DNA of 64,000 bases, from the NCBI GenBank assembly GCA_047495785.1, contig JBLDXI010000026.1, forward strand, positions 1,054,001 through 1,118,000. Direction: 5' to 3'. Made by a program: the position numbers and the translations under genes. The DNA is from Lepidodermella squamata. Taxonomy: Eukaryota > Animalia > Gastrotricha. Position 1 is the first letter of the stretch; every line of letters begins with the position of its first letter. The notes under the pieces were generated by a model that ran no database searches, had not been told where the DNA came from, and was given only the letters and a program-made list of their open reading frames with translations. Positions 26,693-38,660 of the stretch are shown one piece after another.

Positions 26693-27652
26693 ATGACTGC
26701 TACCCAACTCAGCTTCTACCTGTGCCTAGCGATTTCGAGCTGCCTGGCTGCTGTTCAACAACAACAACAGTCAACATCTGGCAATTCTTGGAGCCAAGTC
26801 GCGGCCCGGAGCAATCGAACTTGGTCTGGATGGGGTAATAATAACAACTATAATTACAACACAACAGCGAGTCGTAGTTACTCATCAACCCGAGGACAAT
26901 GGACGTCGACCTACAGGGGGTCTACAAGCAATATGACAACTGGATATTCATCGAATATGACAACAGGATTATCAAACTCGAAGAACGCAGATAGCAGGTC
27001 GTCGTCGAATGAAACCTCCCTTGCTGGGACAACGAATGCGGCTTGCATTTTCGTGAAAACCTACCCGTTTGAGACGTATCGAGATTTGAGTGTCTTCATG
27101 AGGCTGAATACAACGGGCAGGTACAAGCGTGACGTTTTACTGGCTCGTGAGCGCAGGGCAACCATGCGCGACTTTATCGATCGCCATTGGATACCGACTT
27201 CGCAGATTCCGAAGAGTCGAGGCCGCTATTCCGACTGGACGCCGGTTATGAGCCTTCGCGGCCTCAATTTGGCTTATCGCAAACAGGTAATTTTTCAAAA
27301 TATTAAAAATTTCAAATTTTAAAATAAAAAATCCACCTTAATTTGTTTTAATTTAAAATTTCTCAAAAATTAATTTGTCTTTATTTTGCAGGTTGGTAGG
27401 CACACGTTCATCAATTTTGACCAGAAATCGCCGCGTTGGAATTACCGCAATACAAAATGCGTGCACATGCGTGACGTAGTCGAGACTGAAGATGCGTTCA
27501 TGACTTTCCAACTGCGCTACAACGGCACGCATTGGTACGAAGATAGGTGCAACATAGCGCCCGTTCGTGTTGCCCTCGACTTCTCAGGCGGACCTGTCCA
27601 CATGGATGGGCCAACTCGCAATTCGAGTGCAATCGTCAAACCGCAGTGCTGA
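26693..27652 (+). CDS. Unassigned secreted protein with Ser/Thr/Asn-rich N-terminus and 'PVHMDGP' domain
   Basis: Exons 26693-27286 and 27392-27652 are in frame; signal peptide; aligns with the downstream paralog. Confidence 0.85.
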
Positions 27653-27806
27653 AAAATTCGCAATATACCAGAATAAACTCCTCTCGTTTTAGTTCAATTT
27701 TTTTGAATTTTTGAGAAGATAACTTTGTCTCATGTACACCCCGGTGTTGTTGCTAGAATAAAAAAATTAATTTTAATTTTTAATTATTTTTTAGAGCAAT
27801 TTTATC

Positions 27807-28735
27807 ATGCAAATTTCGTCAATTTTGACGCCCTTGATGCACGCTCTCGCGGCGATCGGGATTATTCAGGACCCGACTAAGCCCGTTGGAGACGACTGCA
27901 TTGTCATCAATCACTACCCATTCGATGGTTCGTTTTATTTCTATAAATTTGCCAATCATAATTTTGAAAATTTTAAAAATTTAAAAAAATTTAAATATGA
28001 ATTTGAATTTATTGAAATTTTAAAATCGAATTTTCAATCCTTCAAATTCTCTAATCGAGATTTATAAATATTAAGAAACTTCAAAAAAATTGAAATCAAA
28101 TTTCAAAAATTAAAAATTCCCAAATTAGAGGAAACATTGCTTTTTTTTATTATTTTTTTTTATGAATTTTTACTCATGCGTGACCTGTGGTTTTTTCAGG
28201 TATGGTCAATGGAACTCACCGCTTGACCCCGCCAGCTCAAGTTCCCCGCCCCGTCGATTTCGAAGACAAACTGGTCGTCCTAGCCCGGTCGGCTCTTAAG
28301 GAAATCCCCCTCGAACCCAATCTCGGCTCGGACAAGGAAGACTTCCTCAACCGCCACTACATTCCGATGAATCAAACAGCCAAGGGCGGCAACGGCGGCC
28401 CCGGCACTGACTGGACGGCTGTCATGAACATGCGCCACCTGAACATCCCATCCCGCCGTAAAACTGGCAAGCACACGTTTGTCAACTTCGGCTCTCGCGA
28501 CCCTGAATGGGACTACACTGATAGCTGCGTTCACACTCGCGAAATCGTCACGACCACGAACCAGTTCCACACGTGGGAGTTGACCTACGACCACGATAAG
28601 AACTTGTGGCTCGAGCAGTTCTGCGCCTGGACGCCGATTAAGATCGCCGTCGACGAAACCGGCTGCCCGGTTCACATGGATGGCCCGATTACGGACCCGA
28701 GCCAGCAAAAGCCTTGCACGCCTGCTTCGGCGTGA
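27807..28735 (+). CDS. Unassigned, probably secreted protein, 'PVHMDGP' domain paralog
   Basis: Exons 27807-27927 and 28200-28735 (phase 1); shared motifs YPF, RH.IP, DWT.VM, HTF.NF, CVH.R, PVHMDGP. Confidence 0.85.
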
Positions 28736-29429
28736 AAAACAATCACGTGACAATTGTTGGTTTTTTTTCATCGCCTCTCGCTTTAAAACTTCGCTAAAAT
28801 TTAGCGAGTGATTATTGTTATGATTGTCTGTGATGATGATGATTATGACTTCCATCGGAAATTAGTTGTTATCATACGGCGGTGTTTCGATTATTACTCG
28901 GCTATGATTTTCGCGATTTATACTTATATAAGTCATTTTTAATCGTTTGAATATAACGAAGCGTGCTTTCCATAATTTCACGTTTTATCACGTTTGCTTG
29001 CTGTTTTTATTAATAAAAATTCCAAGAAAAATTTATTCCGGTATTTCGACTTTCGTCTCGGGACAGCCCTAGCTTTTTCGGTGTGAATATTCAAATTAAG
29101 GTCAAAGTTCAAATTTGACCTAGATAAATTAGCGGTGTCTTGTGGGGCAGCTTAGGATGCGTATAATACGCGCAATTATATATTTGCCGCTTGGATAAAA
29201 AATTATTTGGCTGAGTCATGACCACGTTTGCGAATGAATCTGCCTTGCGAAAAATGAAATGTCGTGTGCAATAAATGAGCTCTTTTTTCCCGCCAAAGCA
29301 CGTATGTTTTCGAAGTTGCGTGATTTCTTCAGGACGACCTACGCAAGATTTATTTAGAACTCGTTAAAAGGCATTGCGAGATTTCACGTGCGCGAGCTAA
29401 TTATCAGGATTATGTCTTTCGCTCTGAAA

Positions 29430-31805
29430 TCATCGCTTCAAAACCTTTGCAATAGCTGGCCAGAAAATGATCGCCCCTGTTGAAAATGAAGTGACACAAG
29501 CCACTGTTGCAACAGTAATTGGCATAGCTTGACCCGAATTTCGCCAAGTCGTCGAGTTATTGATAATCGCAACTAAAACGACCCCAGATACGGAAATACC
29601 TAAAACGTTGATTATCGCCAAAACGAATAATCGAAATTCCATAATCCAGCTACGCCGTAGCTCCTTTGTCTCGCGATTTTTCGGAATCCGCCCAGCTCGA
29701 ACGGTGACGTCATAAGCAAAGAAAGAGCCAATGATTAGGAGTAGTAGATTCGCTCCTACAAGACCGACCGCCCAAGCCATCTCAAAGTTAGCCAGCGATT
29801 GACACTGCCGAGAGACATTGATGAAATACGCATCTAAATCTTCATCGTAAGTAGGCTTCGGGTACATTTCGATCAATGAAACCTTGTAGGGCCCAATAGC
29901 TAGCATTATGGCTACAACAACCGTTTGAATGAAGAACGACACAAGTGCAGATGTAATGATAGTAGTGACATTGCCCATTTTCATGGCATCAAATAGTCGA
30001 TTATGACGATTATCAGATATCTCCTCAATTTTCATTCCACGCGAACTTTCAGCTCGGAATTTATCTAAAAACATTGTAGAGCCTATATTTCCCATAGATA
30101 CCAGATTCGATCTAAAATGATGGATGAATCCAAACAGAGAGCCATTCAGTAAGCTGAATCCTGTCACTAAGAAAATTCTCTGGGCGTAACATAATCCTGG
30201 CCTTACTTCAGGATACACTGAGAAAATTGCAGTCATGTTCAGGCAAATCAATCCTGCATTCATGAGCCTTTTCCCAATGACCAGCTTTTGCTTCGAAGAG
30301 CTCGCACGATCGCTCCGCCCAACAAGAACTTTAGTTGTGTTGAGCAGGGTTATTTCCATAACGGACAGTAACGAGGCAAAAACAGTTGTTACGACGAATA
30401 CCCAAAACGGAACGTGGTCCATCACCCTGAAGACATTAGGCTGATCTTTCAAATCCGACCAAACTGAAACATCATCCAGAAGCGTCAAATTGTGATTATC
30501 TGGATCATCAGGACTCCCATGCCCGGTGAAAATCGTTTTCCCAAATGGTTTGAACGTCCTATCTCGATCGTTGTATTGGAAAAACCATTGAGGTTCAAAA
30601 TCGAATTCTATCCTTTCGGAATATTTGACTTCCCCAGTTCGAAGGGAGGTGAAACGAATGTTTTCGGCGGCTTGTTTCACCGAGGCTAGGACAGCTTCAG
30701 GATTACGGCCGAAATCTCTCAAAGACATGTTTTTCCGTTGGAGCAGCTTCTCCCCTTCATGAAGGGACAAAATGCCCTGAAGAGCTTCGTCGAAATTTCG
30801 ATGTCGGTTTTCGTAGTCGGGTAAGCGTGACTTGTTGGTTCGACGATCGAACTCCTTCTCAAACGAGTCAAGATCGTAACCAACTGCCGTTGGGCCAAAG
30901 TTCATCAGAGCTTCCTGGGCAAACCCAACCCAAATAGACTGAGTAGCTTGTTCAGTGGCCATAGAAACCGAGCAACCTAGGGGTAGTAATGACTGATCGA
31001 TCAGTCCTATCGTCCCTGACTGGAGAATGAACAAGTATTTCGGGCCTCGAAACCCGAAGTTGTATAACGCGCATAAGTGGCGGTAAATGACAACAATTCC
31101 AGAGGTTACAATGACAAATATTCTTGCATTGGTTTTGGCTAGCAACGGAGCTGTTTCTGAATCAATAGGGTTGATGTCGTACCATAACACATTTATCCCG
31201 ACCTTAATGCTTCTGGCGTAGAAGTCATTCGCGAGATCGTAGTTTGCCGCAAGATTATTCGATAAAATTGCGATATTTTGCCATTTACCGACATTTTTTA
31301 TGAATTTTACCTGGGCAACGTTGATCATTTCAGCGGGTATCATTGTGCGAAAAATTGTTGGAAATTGCCGACGATTCCCGGTCATTAGCTGATGTGTGCA
31401 GGCATTCGTCACGTGAATCATGTTGAAACGAGCTATCAGAGGTGAGACTTTTAAGCAACCTGGTATGTAATACGGCCCTAAGACTAACGGAGCTACGTTT
31501 GACATAGACTTTTCGTTCCTTCGTAGAAATTCGAAAAATCGAGTAACGACTTGATCGCCGTTGATAGCTTCTTCGATGAATTCGAGTTGGAGTTGATAGC
31601 CGGGCAGGATATCTGGTCTGCTGTTGACTGCGTCGACAACCATTTGCATCGTAACTCGAGTGAATCGGCTGTTCCGTGGCGGTTGCAGGAAAGAACGGAG
31701 GACAGCTATGGTCAAATTATGACTTTTTGTTACATGTTGGCTCTCGGCAAAAGAAAAAACTGTTATCAAGAAAGGAAGCAAAGCTTTCAACATGCAGCGT
31801 GACAT
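29430..31805 (-). CDS. Class C GPCR, GABA-B receptor-like, intronless, 791 aa
   Basis: Signal peptide, Venus-flytrap motifs (VNSRPDILPGYQLQL, FPTIFRT, NARIFV), seven TM segments and no Cys-rich linker. Confidence 0.85.
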   Translation of the reverse strand: MSRCMLKALLPFLITVFSFAESQHVTKSHNLTIAVLRSFLQPPRNSRFTRVTMQMVVDAVNSRPDILPGYQLQLEFIEEAINGDQVVTRFFEFLRRNEKSMSNVAPLVLGPYYIPGCLKVSPLIARFNMIHVTNACTHQLMTGNRRQFPTIFRTMIPAEMINVAQVKFIKNVGKWQNIAILSNNLAANYDLANDFYARSIKVGINVLWYDINPIDSETAPLLAKTNARIFVIVTSGIVVIYRHLCALYNFGFRGPKYLFILQSGTIGLIDQSLLPLGCSVSMATEQATQSIWVGFAQEALMNFGPTAVGYDLDSFEKEFDRRTNKSRLPDYENRHRNFDEALQGILSLHEGEKLLQRKNMSLRDFGRNPEAVLASVKQAAENIRFTSLRTGEVKYSERIEFDFEPQWFFQYNDRDRTFKPFGKTIFTGHGSPDDPDNHNLTLLDDVSVWSDLKDQPNVFRVMDHVPFWVFVVTTVFASLLSVMEITLLNTTKVLVGRSDRASSSKQKLVIGKRLMNAGLICLNMTAIFSVYPEVRPGLCYAQRIFLVTGFSLLNGSLFGFIHHFRSNLVSMGNIGSTMFLDKFRAESSRGMKIEEISDNRHNRLFDAMKMGNVTTIITSALVSFFIQTVVVAIMLAIGPYKVSLIEMYPKPTYDEDLDAYFINVSRQCQSLANFEMAWAVGLVGANLLLLIIGSFFAYDVTVRAGRIPKNRETKELRRSWIMEFRLFVLAIINVLGISVSGVVLVAIINNSTTWRNSGQAMPITVATVACVTSFSTGAIIFWPAIAKVLKR

Positions 31806-32197
31806 GAGAAGAGATTTATTTAGTAAGAATCGTTTTGAACTATATCATCTTAGGGATTGAATAGCCAGCATGTTCACCTCCTTCACAAAATTGTGAAACA
31901 GATACGGTGCTCAGTCACGTAATGAAAAGATAGATGGCTTATTTTCAATTTAAATGTTTGTAGGTTTTTTATAATAGCATAAAGAAAATCGGTTTATTTT
32001 TTTTGTCTTGTACGCGTTAAATGATTCATGATTTCTTTTTCGCCCTATGAAGAGCAGTTAGAAGTTATATACCAAAGGAAAATACACATCCGACAAGAGA
32101 GGGAAAATAAATTAAAGCAAAGCAGAATTCTGATTTGGACTCTCCGAGACTAAACTGCCATCCTCTGAGTGAATGAATGGTCTTCAGAGCATCAATC

Positions 32198-34778
32198 CTA
32201 ACTGTTGATTGCTGCAGCCGTGTAGATATGAATGATCGTGAATCCAGAGAGAGCAACTGCTACGGCGAACACGTCCATCACTCGAATGAAGCTCATACGA
32301 TTCTTCTTAGTATTGGTTCTCGTTTGATTCTCGTTTGATGAACTGTCCGTTGGAGAAACCTGGTTTACAGGTAAGAGGTAACTTGATCGGATGCTCGACA
32401 TTCGATCACTGATTTTATCGCTTGAATCTTCCTCACGAGCTGAGTCAGGTTTATGCCTCTCCTCGGGTGATTCTTTCGTATTCACCCATGTATCGCTGAC
32501 CCAAACAGCTACGATTTGGTAGATCAAAGTTGCCGTGCAGAGCCATGATAAGGAATTAACGTAATCAGCCATGAGAACACTATCAGATGTAACCGGTATC
32601 TGTCCAGCTGTCCCGGACTGAGCGACAGTCATAGCGACCAGAATCGTCACTGAAAACGCAGGCCGGTCTGTCACAGTCGGTGGCATGAGGAAAGTTGCTA
32701 TTTCAATGACTGTCAGGAGAATCGTAGGCAGGGCGTAGTTCAAAACATGGTAAGACGGATTTCGCCGCAATGTTACAACAAAATGGACTGCGCTTACGTT
32801 GGAGCCACCATATCGCAACACACTGCTAGAAACACGTCTATCAACGTAATGCCATTGATCACTTTTCCTTTCGCTTGAAACAGCTGGCCAGTAAAAGGCC
32901 GCATCCTTGAACATGACTACATCCACCGAGCGAATCAACGAAAAAGTGAACAAACACGTCTGAGAGTCGAAGGGATATTTTCTCAGATCCAAGGAACATG
33001 ACGACGAGAAAGATCCGCCCATAATCCAGTAAAAGGTCATGGTGCGATTTGGGGAATTTGGGTCAGTGTAAATTGTAGCCGTAATATCCTCACCGAAATC
33101 CTTGTTATCCCTCATATAAATATCCGCAAATTGTGCTGTCTCCAGAAACATGTAAAGCGGTGCCCAGACTTGATCACTTTGGGTAATGTAAAGCCTTTCC
33201 AATGACGGCCGAGCTGATAACAAAGCATCAGTTGTGTTTTTAGGGCAGGTTGTTATTTCCCAAGTTAGAAGCATTTGCCCCGAAACGGTGATTGTTTCAT
33301 CCACCGTCGAAATTCCTTTCATAGCTTTGACGTTGAAAGCTGGTCGGATGTAAGTCACAGCTGAGGTGCTCGAAGGCGGAGGGGCGGCTTGATTACTCGA
33401 AAAGTCGCTGCATTCACTGAGAACTCCCGAGCTGGTAGCTACATCCTTGCCGCCTGTATCAGCTAGAGTTGTAGGGAAGAAGTCCTGTTGCATTTGCTGT
33501 GACGAAGAATGTTGTAGAGATGTGATTTGCTGAGATCCTGCCGTTGAAGGCGCGGCTGTCGTAGTCGCTGTCTTTCAGGGGTTAAACAAGCGTTTAATCT
33601 AAACTCTCCGCTGAAACTCAACTTACCTGGGTAGTCGTGGTAGCAACAACTGGCGGTGGAGTTGTAGTCGTCGTAGTAGGTGGCGGGGCTGTCGTAGTAG
33701 TCGTAGTTGCGACAGTGGTATTTACTTTCACCGTAGTCGCTGCTTTAGTCGTGGGTGTTGTCAGCATCGTTGAACAATCTACGCCAGTGAACGATGAAGT
33801 GCAAGTGCATGTATTCGGTGCAACGCATGTCCCGCCGTTCTTGCAAGGCACTGAACAATCTGGGATCGAGCAATCACTACCTATCCATCCTGATGCGCAA
33901 GTACAAACATTTGTAGACCAGCAGCTGCCGCCGTTTTTACACGACGGCGAGCAATAGCAAGATGATCCTATTGACGAATTGATATCTCCCGTGCAATTAT
34001 TCGAGCATCCACTAGGGCATGTTATATTCCCGAAATTCGAACACATATACCAGTAATCCCACATTTGGTTGACTGATAGAGGTACTCCAAAGACGGCAGG
34101 GCAGGCTAAACTCGCATTACTCCACACGCTATCTCCTGGACTCCAGAACAAGTTAAGTGACGCATCACTGAACGCCGACCCGCCTGTTAACGTTTTGTTC
34201 AATTTCAGATCGTTGTTGCAAAATAAAGACATCATCTGTGACGTAGCGTTCCAAGTCACCACGACAGATGTCCATGAATTACCATTATAAGGGTGACATG
34301 TCATATTCGCAAATAGAACAGCAGTAGTAGCATCTGAACGGAAGGAAAATAGCATCGCTGAGTTAGTTACTCCCGTTCTGAGCACTTGCACTGAGCCAGT
34401 GGAGTTGGCGAACCCGATTGCGGTTCCCCAATTGTTGTTTATAGTTTTGACAAATACTGCCAACGACCATGAATCTGTTGAATTGAATCGGAGCTTATTA
34501 GAGTCATATTTGATGTAATTTCCGCTAGCTCCCGGCAACATATAAGCTGAGCTCGGTAACATATCAGGTCCCGCAACCCAATATCCAGGATTAGCCGAGT
34601 CACTCACAACAGTCGCATTAAATTTGTTCGGCGAAACATCAGTAAATCCGAAAACGTTGGATAGGGGAGCGAAAAATGTCATATTTGGCGCAAGTGAATC
34701 ATATTTCAGCCGAAAGTCCTGTCCATTTATCAATCCGAGAGAGCCAACTATTAGCACGAAGATGGTTTCCAAATCCAT
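32198..34778 (-). CDS. Cys-loop ligand-gated ion channel subunit with N-terminal LamG/ConA-like domain, EGF repeats and Thr-rich stalk (~841 aa)
   Basis: Exon 34778-33627, 55-nt phase-0 intron 33626-33572 (GTAAGT...AAG), exon 33571-32198 in frame. Cys-loop CSLDLRKYPFDSQTC, pre-M1 LRRNPSY, four TMs; EGF motifs CKNGGSC and CKNGGTC. Confidence 0.8.
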
Positions 34779-36190
34779 TTCAAATATTGCTCAGACGTGA
34801 GCTTCATCCATCGTTTATGATCAGCTACTTCTATTTTGCATCGCTCTCTGCTTATCTTTTATTTAATACAGAGTCGCGGTTCCATGGGACCGCAAAAAAC
34901 AAAGCGGGAGCAGAGGAGCGAAGTATTCAATAGGAAAAACAGCTGTTCAATGTTCGATCAAGGCTTTAGGACCGATAGTGCGATTTTCTCGAGGTGTTAA
35001 TAATTGATGAAACTGCTGGCTACCAGCGTTGATCGATCGCAGCTTACCATCCAGACAAAAATGTCTAAAAATGACAATGCAGGCATATTCTCTGAACATG
35101 CTTTCTGCAAAATAAAGCTGAGAAGAGACCGAACTACAGTCAACTTCGCTCTTGAGAATTTCCGCCTTATTGTTGGATCGTTTCTGAATTTCCGAGCATA
35201 AAAAGTTGATTTTACAAATTAAAGAGGTAGGACGTCAAAACAGCGAATGCGCAGAACAGCGAAACCGACATAACAGCGAAAGCGACAAAACAACGAAAAA
35301 TCCTCCCCAAAATGATGTGTAATGTGCGATATTAAAATCGCTGTTATATGTCGCAAATTAGATTTTTCGCTGTTTTGCCGCGTTCGCTGTTTCGGGTATT
35401 CGCTGTCATGGCGGTCTCCATTAAAGAAGCAGAGGAGTAAAAATAGATTCTTTAATTTAGCTAGGAAACTATTGTGCATTCAAGTGAAACGGGTCTTTGA
35501 ATGTTCCTGTATCCTCAGTCCTCAGGCAACTGAAGCCGCTTCTGCTACTAATCATATTCCCATTCTTGAAGTTTCCAGCAAACGTGGCCTCGAGATGAAG
35601 CCGGGTGATTTTAGTCGTACATTTTTGGCTGTCGAATGAAATTAGTCACTGCCTGACTATTTCTCACCCGTTTTGGTGGTCTCAGGTTCCCATTTCATCA
35701 GAAAGTACTTCGAGTTCCTCCATGCTCTTCGAGAACCGTCAGAGAATAAAAAGTCGCGAAAACCTCACATAGCGAACAGATGAGTTCGATTATCTCAAAT
35801 TTCATTTACCCAGGCAAGCGTGGAAACATGTCTGTTATAAACCTCACTAGGCCACGTATATCCGATCTGAAAGTAGAAATGCACTTTGTAGTGAGATTAT
35901 TACACCCATGGGCGCGAAAATAAGTCAATATTATACGGTGATTAACGACTTTCCTACGCTATTGTGACCCATATACTTTCCAAATAAAAAAATAAAGCTT
36001 GTATTAGGTATGCCCCGACAACAACTTGACGAAATAATCGATGGGTGGTAATCAACTCAAGCGGGAATATCATCAACTAATTTGTATTTTTATCGCGCAC
36101 TGCTTCCGCAAATTACGTTAGTCCTGGCGACTTTCGCGCTAAGGGTATTCAGTAAAGAATATAGCAAGGTTGAAAGTACATAAAACCACC

Positions 36191-37332
36191 ATGAATTCAA
36201 CAAGCAACAATTCACTTTCAAGCCAATGCCCTATTGAAATTCCGGATTACTCAGAGGTTGTAGTAGCGACATTCGGATACATCCTACCAGCTCTCAATGT
36301 CATCGCAGCTTCTGGCAATGCTATCAGTGTCGTCATTCTTCGCGATACGCAGACTTTCAAATCGCCGACATACGTTTACTTGACATTTCTAGCTGTGATG
36401 CAAGGTCTAGCACTGCTCGGTACGGGTATCTTCTTCTTCCTACGAGTCGCCTTGAAGAACAGTGCCTGGGCACCGCGCCTCATAGCTTATTTCGTGTGGC
36501 CAGTCTTCAATTTGGCATGCACTCAATCTGTTGTATTCACCCTAGCTTTCAGCATAGAGCGATTCATTTTCATTACCAGGAATAAGCTGCCTTCAAGGAA
36601 GGGATCCTTAATGACTGAACTCCGCCACAAAACATTGAGGAATTGTGTTATTCTAATGATGATTGTTACAGTACTCAATTTCCCGCGAATGATGGCATAT
36701 GGAAGCCCAACGAACAAGTGTCGGCAAATTGACGCCTACTCGAATGACAATCATTATTCTTTTCATTATGCGTTTTTCATCTATTCCATCGTTCGATTCT
36801 TTGTCTACAACGTTGGTAAGCTTATATTTTTCGTATTGCATGCCAGTTTTCGAGTTTCTACGTCTAATTAGGATGTAACTTCCTGTTAATTGTTACCAAT
36901 GCCCTGCTATCCTATACTGTTTATCGATCGAAAAAACGAAGTCAGGATAACGGCCAACCTAATCTGAGACAAAGTCATGCTCTGACGTTAACACTCATTG
37001 CAGCAACATCGGCTACACTCTTCGGAGAAATTCCAGTATGTCATTGCTTGATTGGAGTAAATTCAACTTCATTATGCTTTCAGGTGTCGATGTTCAACCC
37101 GATCACAGATCATTTGATTTGGGATAGATTCGGTTTGATGAGTACCGAATCTTTTGAGATGGCAGAGCGTGCAGCTAATATTGCTTGCTTCATCGAATAT
37201 AGCTCGAATTTCTGCATTTACTTCATAGGCGACCGCAATTTTCGCCGCAAGTGCTGCGCCATGTTTATGACTAAAAAATCTCAGGAAGAATCAAAGTTCA
37301 TTGAAAAAGTTGACTTGTCCGCTAGTATCTAG
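36191..37332 (+). CDS. Class A (rhodopsin-family) GPCR, peptide-receptor-like
   Basis: Exons 36191-36815, 36872-37035 and 37084-37332; GN in TM1, YLTFLA, SIERF, NFCIY..G..NFR. Confidence 0.85.
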
Positions 37333-37403
37333 TTACGTAATCAAATATTGTGCATATGGCTGAAAATAATTCGGTATTTTACGTCAATTTTATTGATTAA
37401 TTT

Positions 37404-38160
37404 TCAACCCGATGCTTTTGTTGAATCATCCGGGGTTTTAAGAGTTTTAGCCTCCGTCTTTTCAATTTCGGCATCGTCAACTGGCACGCGGATTTTCGAG
37501 ACGTCTTCAACGGTTATCTCTCGCACCAGTTTGCCGTTATCCATGTCGTACCTAGATTTCACAGTTGTCACTCGGTTTTGATCTGGTAAATTCCATGCGA
37601 TTTTCTCCGACCGGCTGCTTAATGCTGTGCCGATTGTAACGAGAGCAAGCATCATGATTACTCTAATTGTGCTGTGAACTAAGAGACCGACTGATGCTCC
37701 GAACAAGTTGCCGTGTCTTATTCCCTGATTGACTAGATAGCCAACTGATAAAGACGTAAAAACAATGGCGAAAAGCCCTAAAACTGGAGTTACATACAGC
37801 AGCACGGCACCTGCTGTAACTGAAATTAGGACTTTGAAAGGAATGTGATGATATATTACCGTTTTTCATGTCTCCATCCTCATCTACCATGCATATGTAA
37901 ACAGCAGCAATAACTCCGACCATAAGTTCGATGAGGTAGCAAGTAACTGCGATTCCGAGAAATGCTTGAACAAAATAGTGAAGAGCTACTGTGAGATGAG
38001 GAGGTTCGCCGGGTTGGCTGGTTACTAGAGCTGAGATTGCGAACACCGTTAATGCGGCGGCTAGAGCCCAGTCGACTGATTTCACGCATACTATGCAGCA
38101 TCTCAAGGAAGCCGCTGCGACATTGATAGGGTCTCGCTTTTTCTTCTCTTTCTTCGCCAT
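37404..38160 (-). CDS. Four-TM protein, unassigned family, copy 1
   Basis: Exons 38160-37860 and 37819-37404 (phase 1); four hydrophobic segments. Confidence 0.7.
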
Positions 38161-38660
38161 AGAAGTTTGAGAGCTTCAAGCTTCAACCAACAATCGCATC
38201 GTAAGAATTTTTATGGTGGAGTTTTTATTTTTGTATGAACTCTTTTTAAAACCGTCATTGAGGTGACTGAGCGGCGGAGAGGCGTTGGTTTTTGTTGACA
38301 AGTGTCCACATGTTTATTTTTACAACTAGCACAGTACAACTAGCAACTAGTTGTAGCAGGTCATGGGCAACATGGGCAGCAACACAAAATGGAACAATCT
38401 CTGCATGGGCCAACAGACATCGGTTCGAGACGATAAACATGAAGGCCAGTATTTTTTTTTTCAATTTAGCTGAGAAGCCATTCAAACTCACCTCTCTTTA
38501 CCTACAACCCACAAGCTTTCCTGAGCTATAGTTTGAATTATGATTTACTATTTTACACCAATGCAAAATGCACTTAGAAGCTGTTTTTCATCCTCTGTTA
38601 ATTGCTTGTAGTGTAAAGGTTTAGTTGGATGACTTCAGGTTGAAACAACTCAGTATTTTG

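Noticed and set aside
28280-28855. 191-aa minus-strand ORF
   Set aside because: Antisense shadow of a codon-biased plus-strand exon.
33637-33957. Val-rich plus-strand ORF
   Set aside because: Antisense of the Thr-rich stalk.
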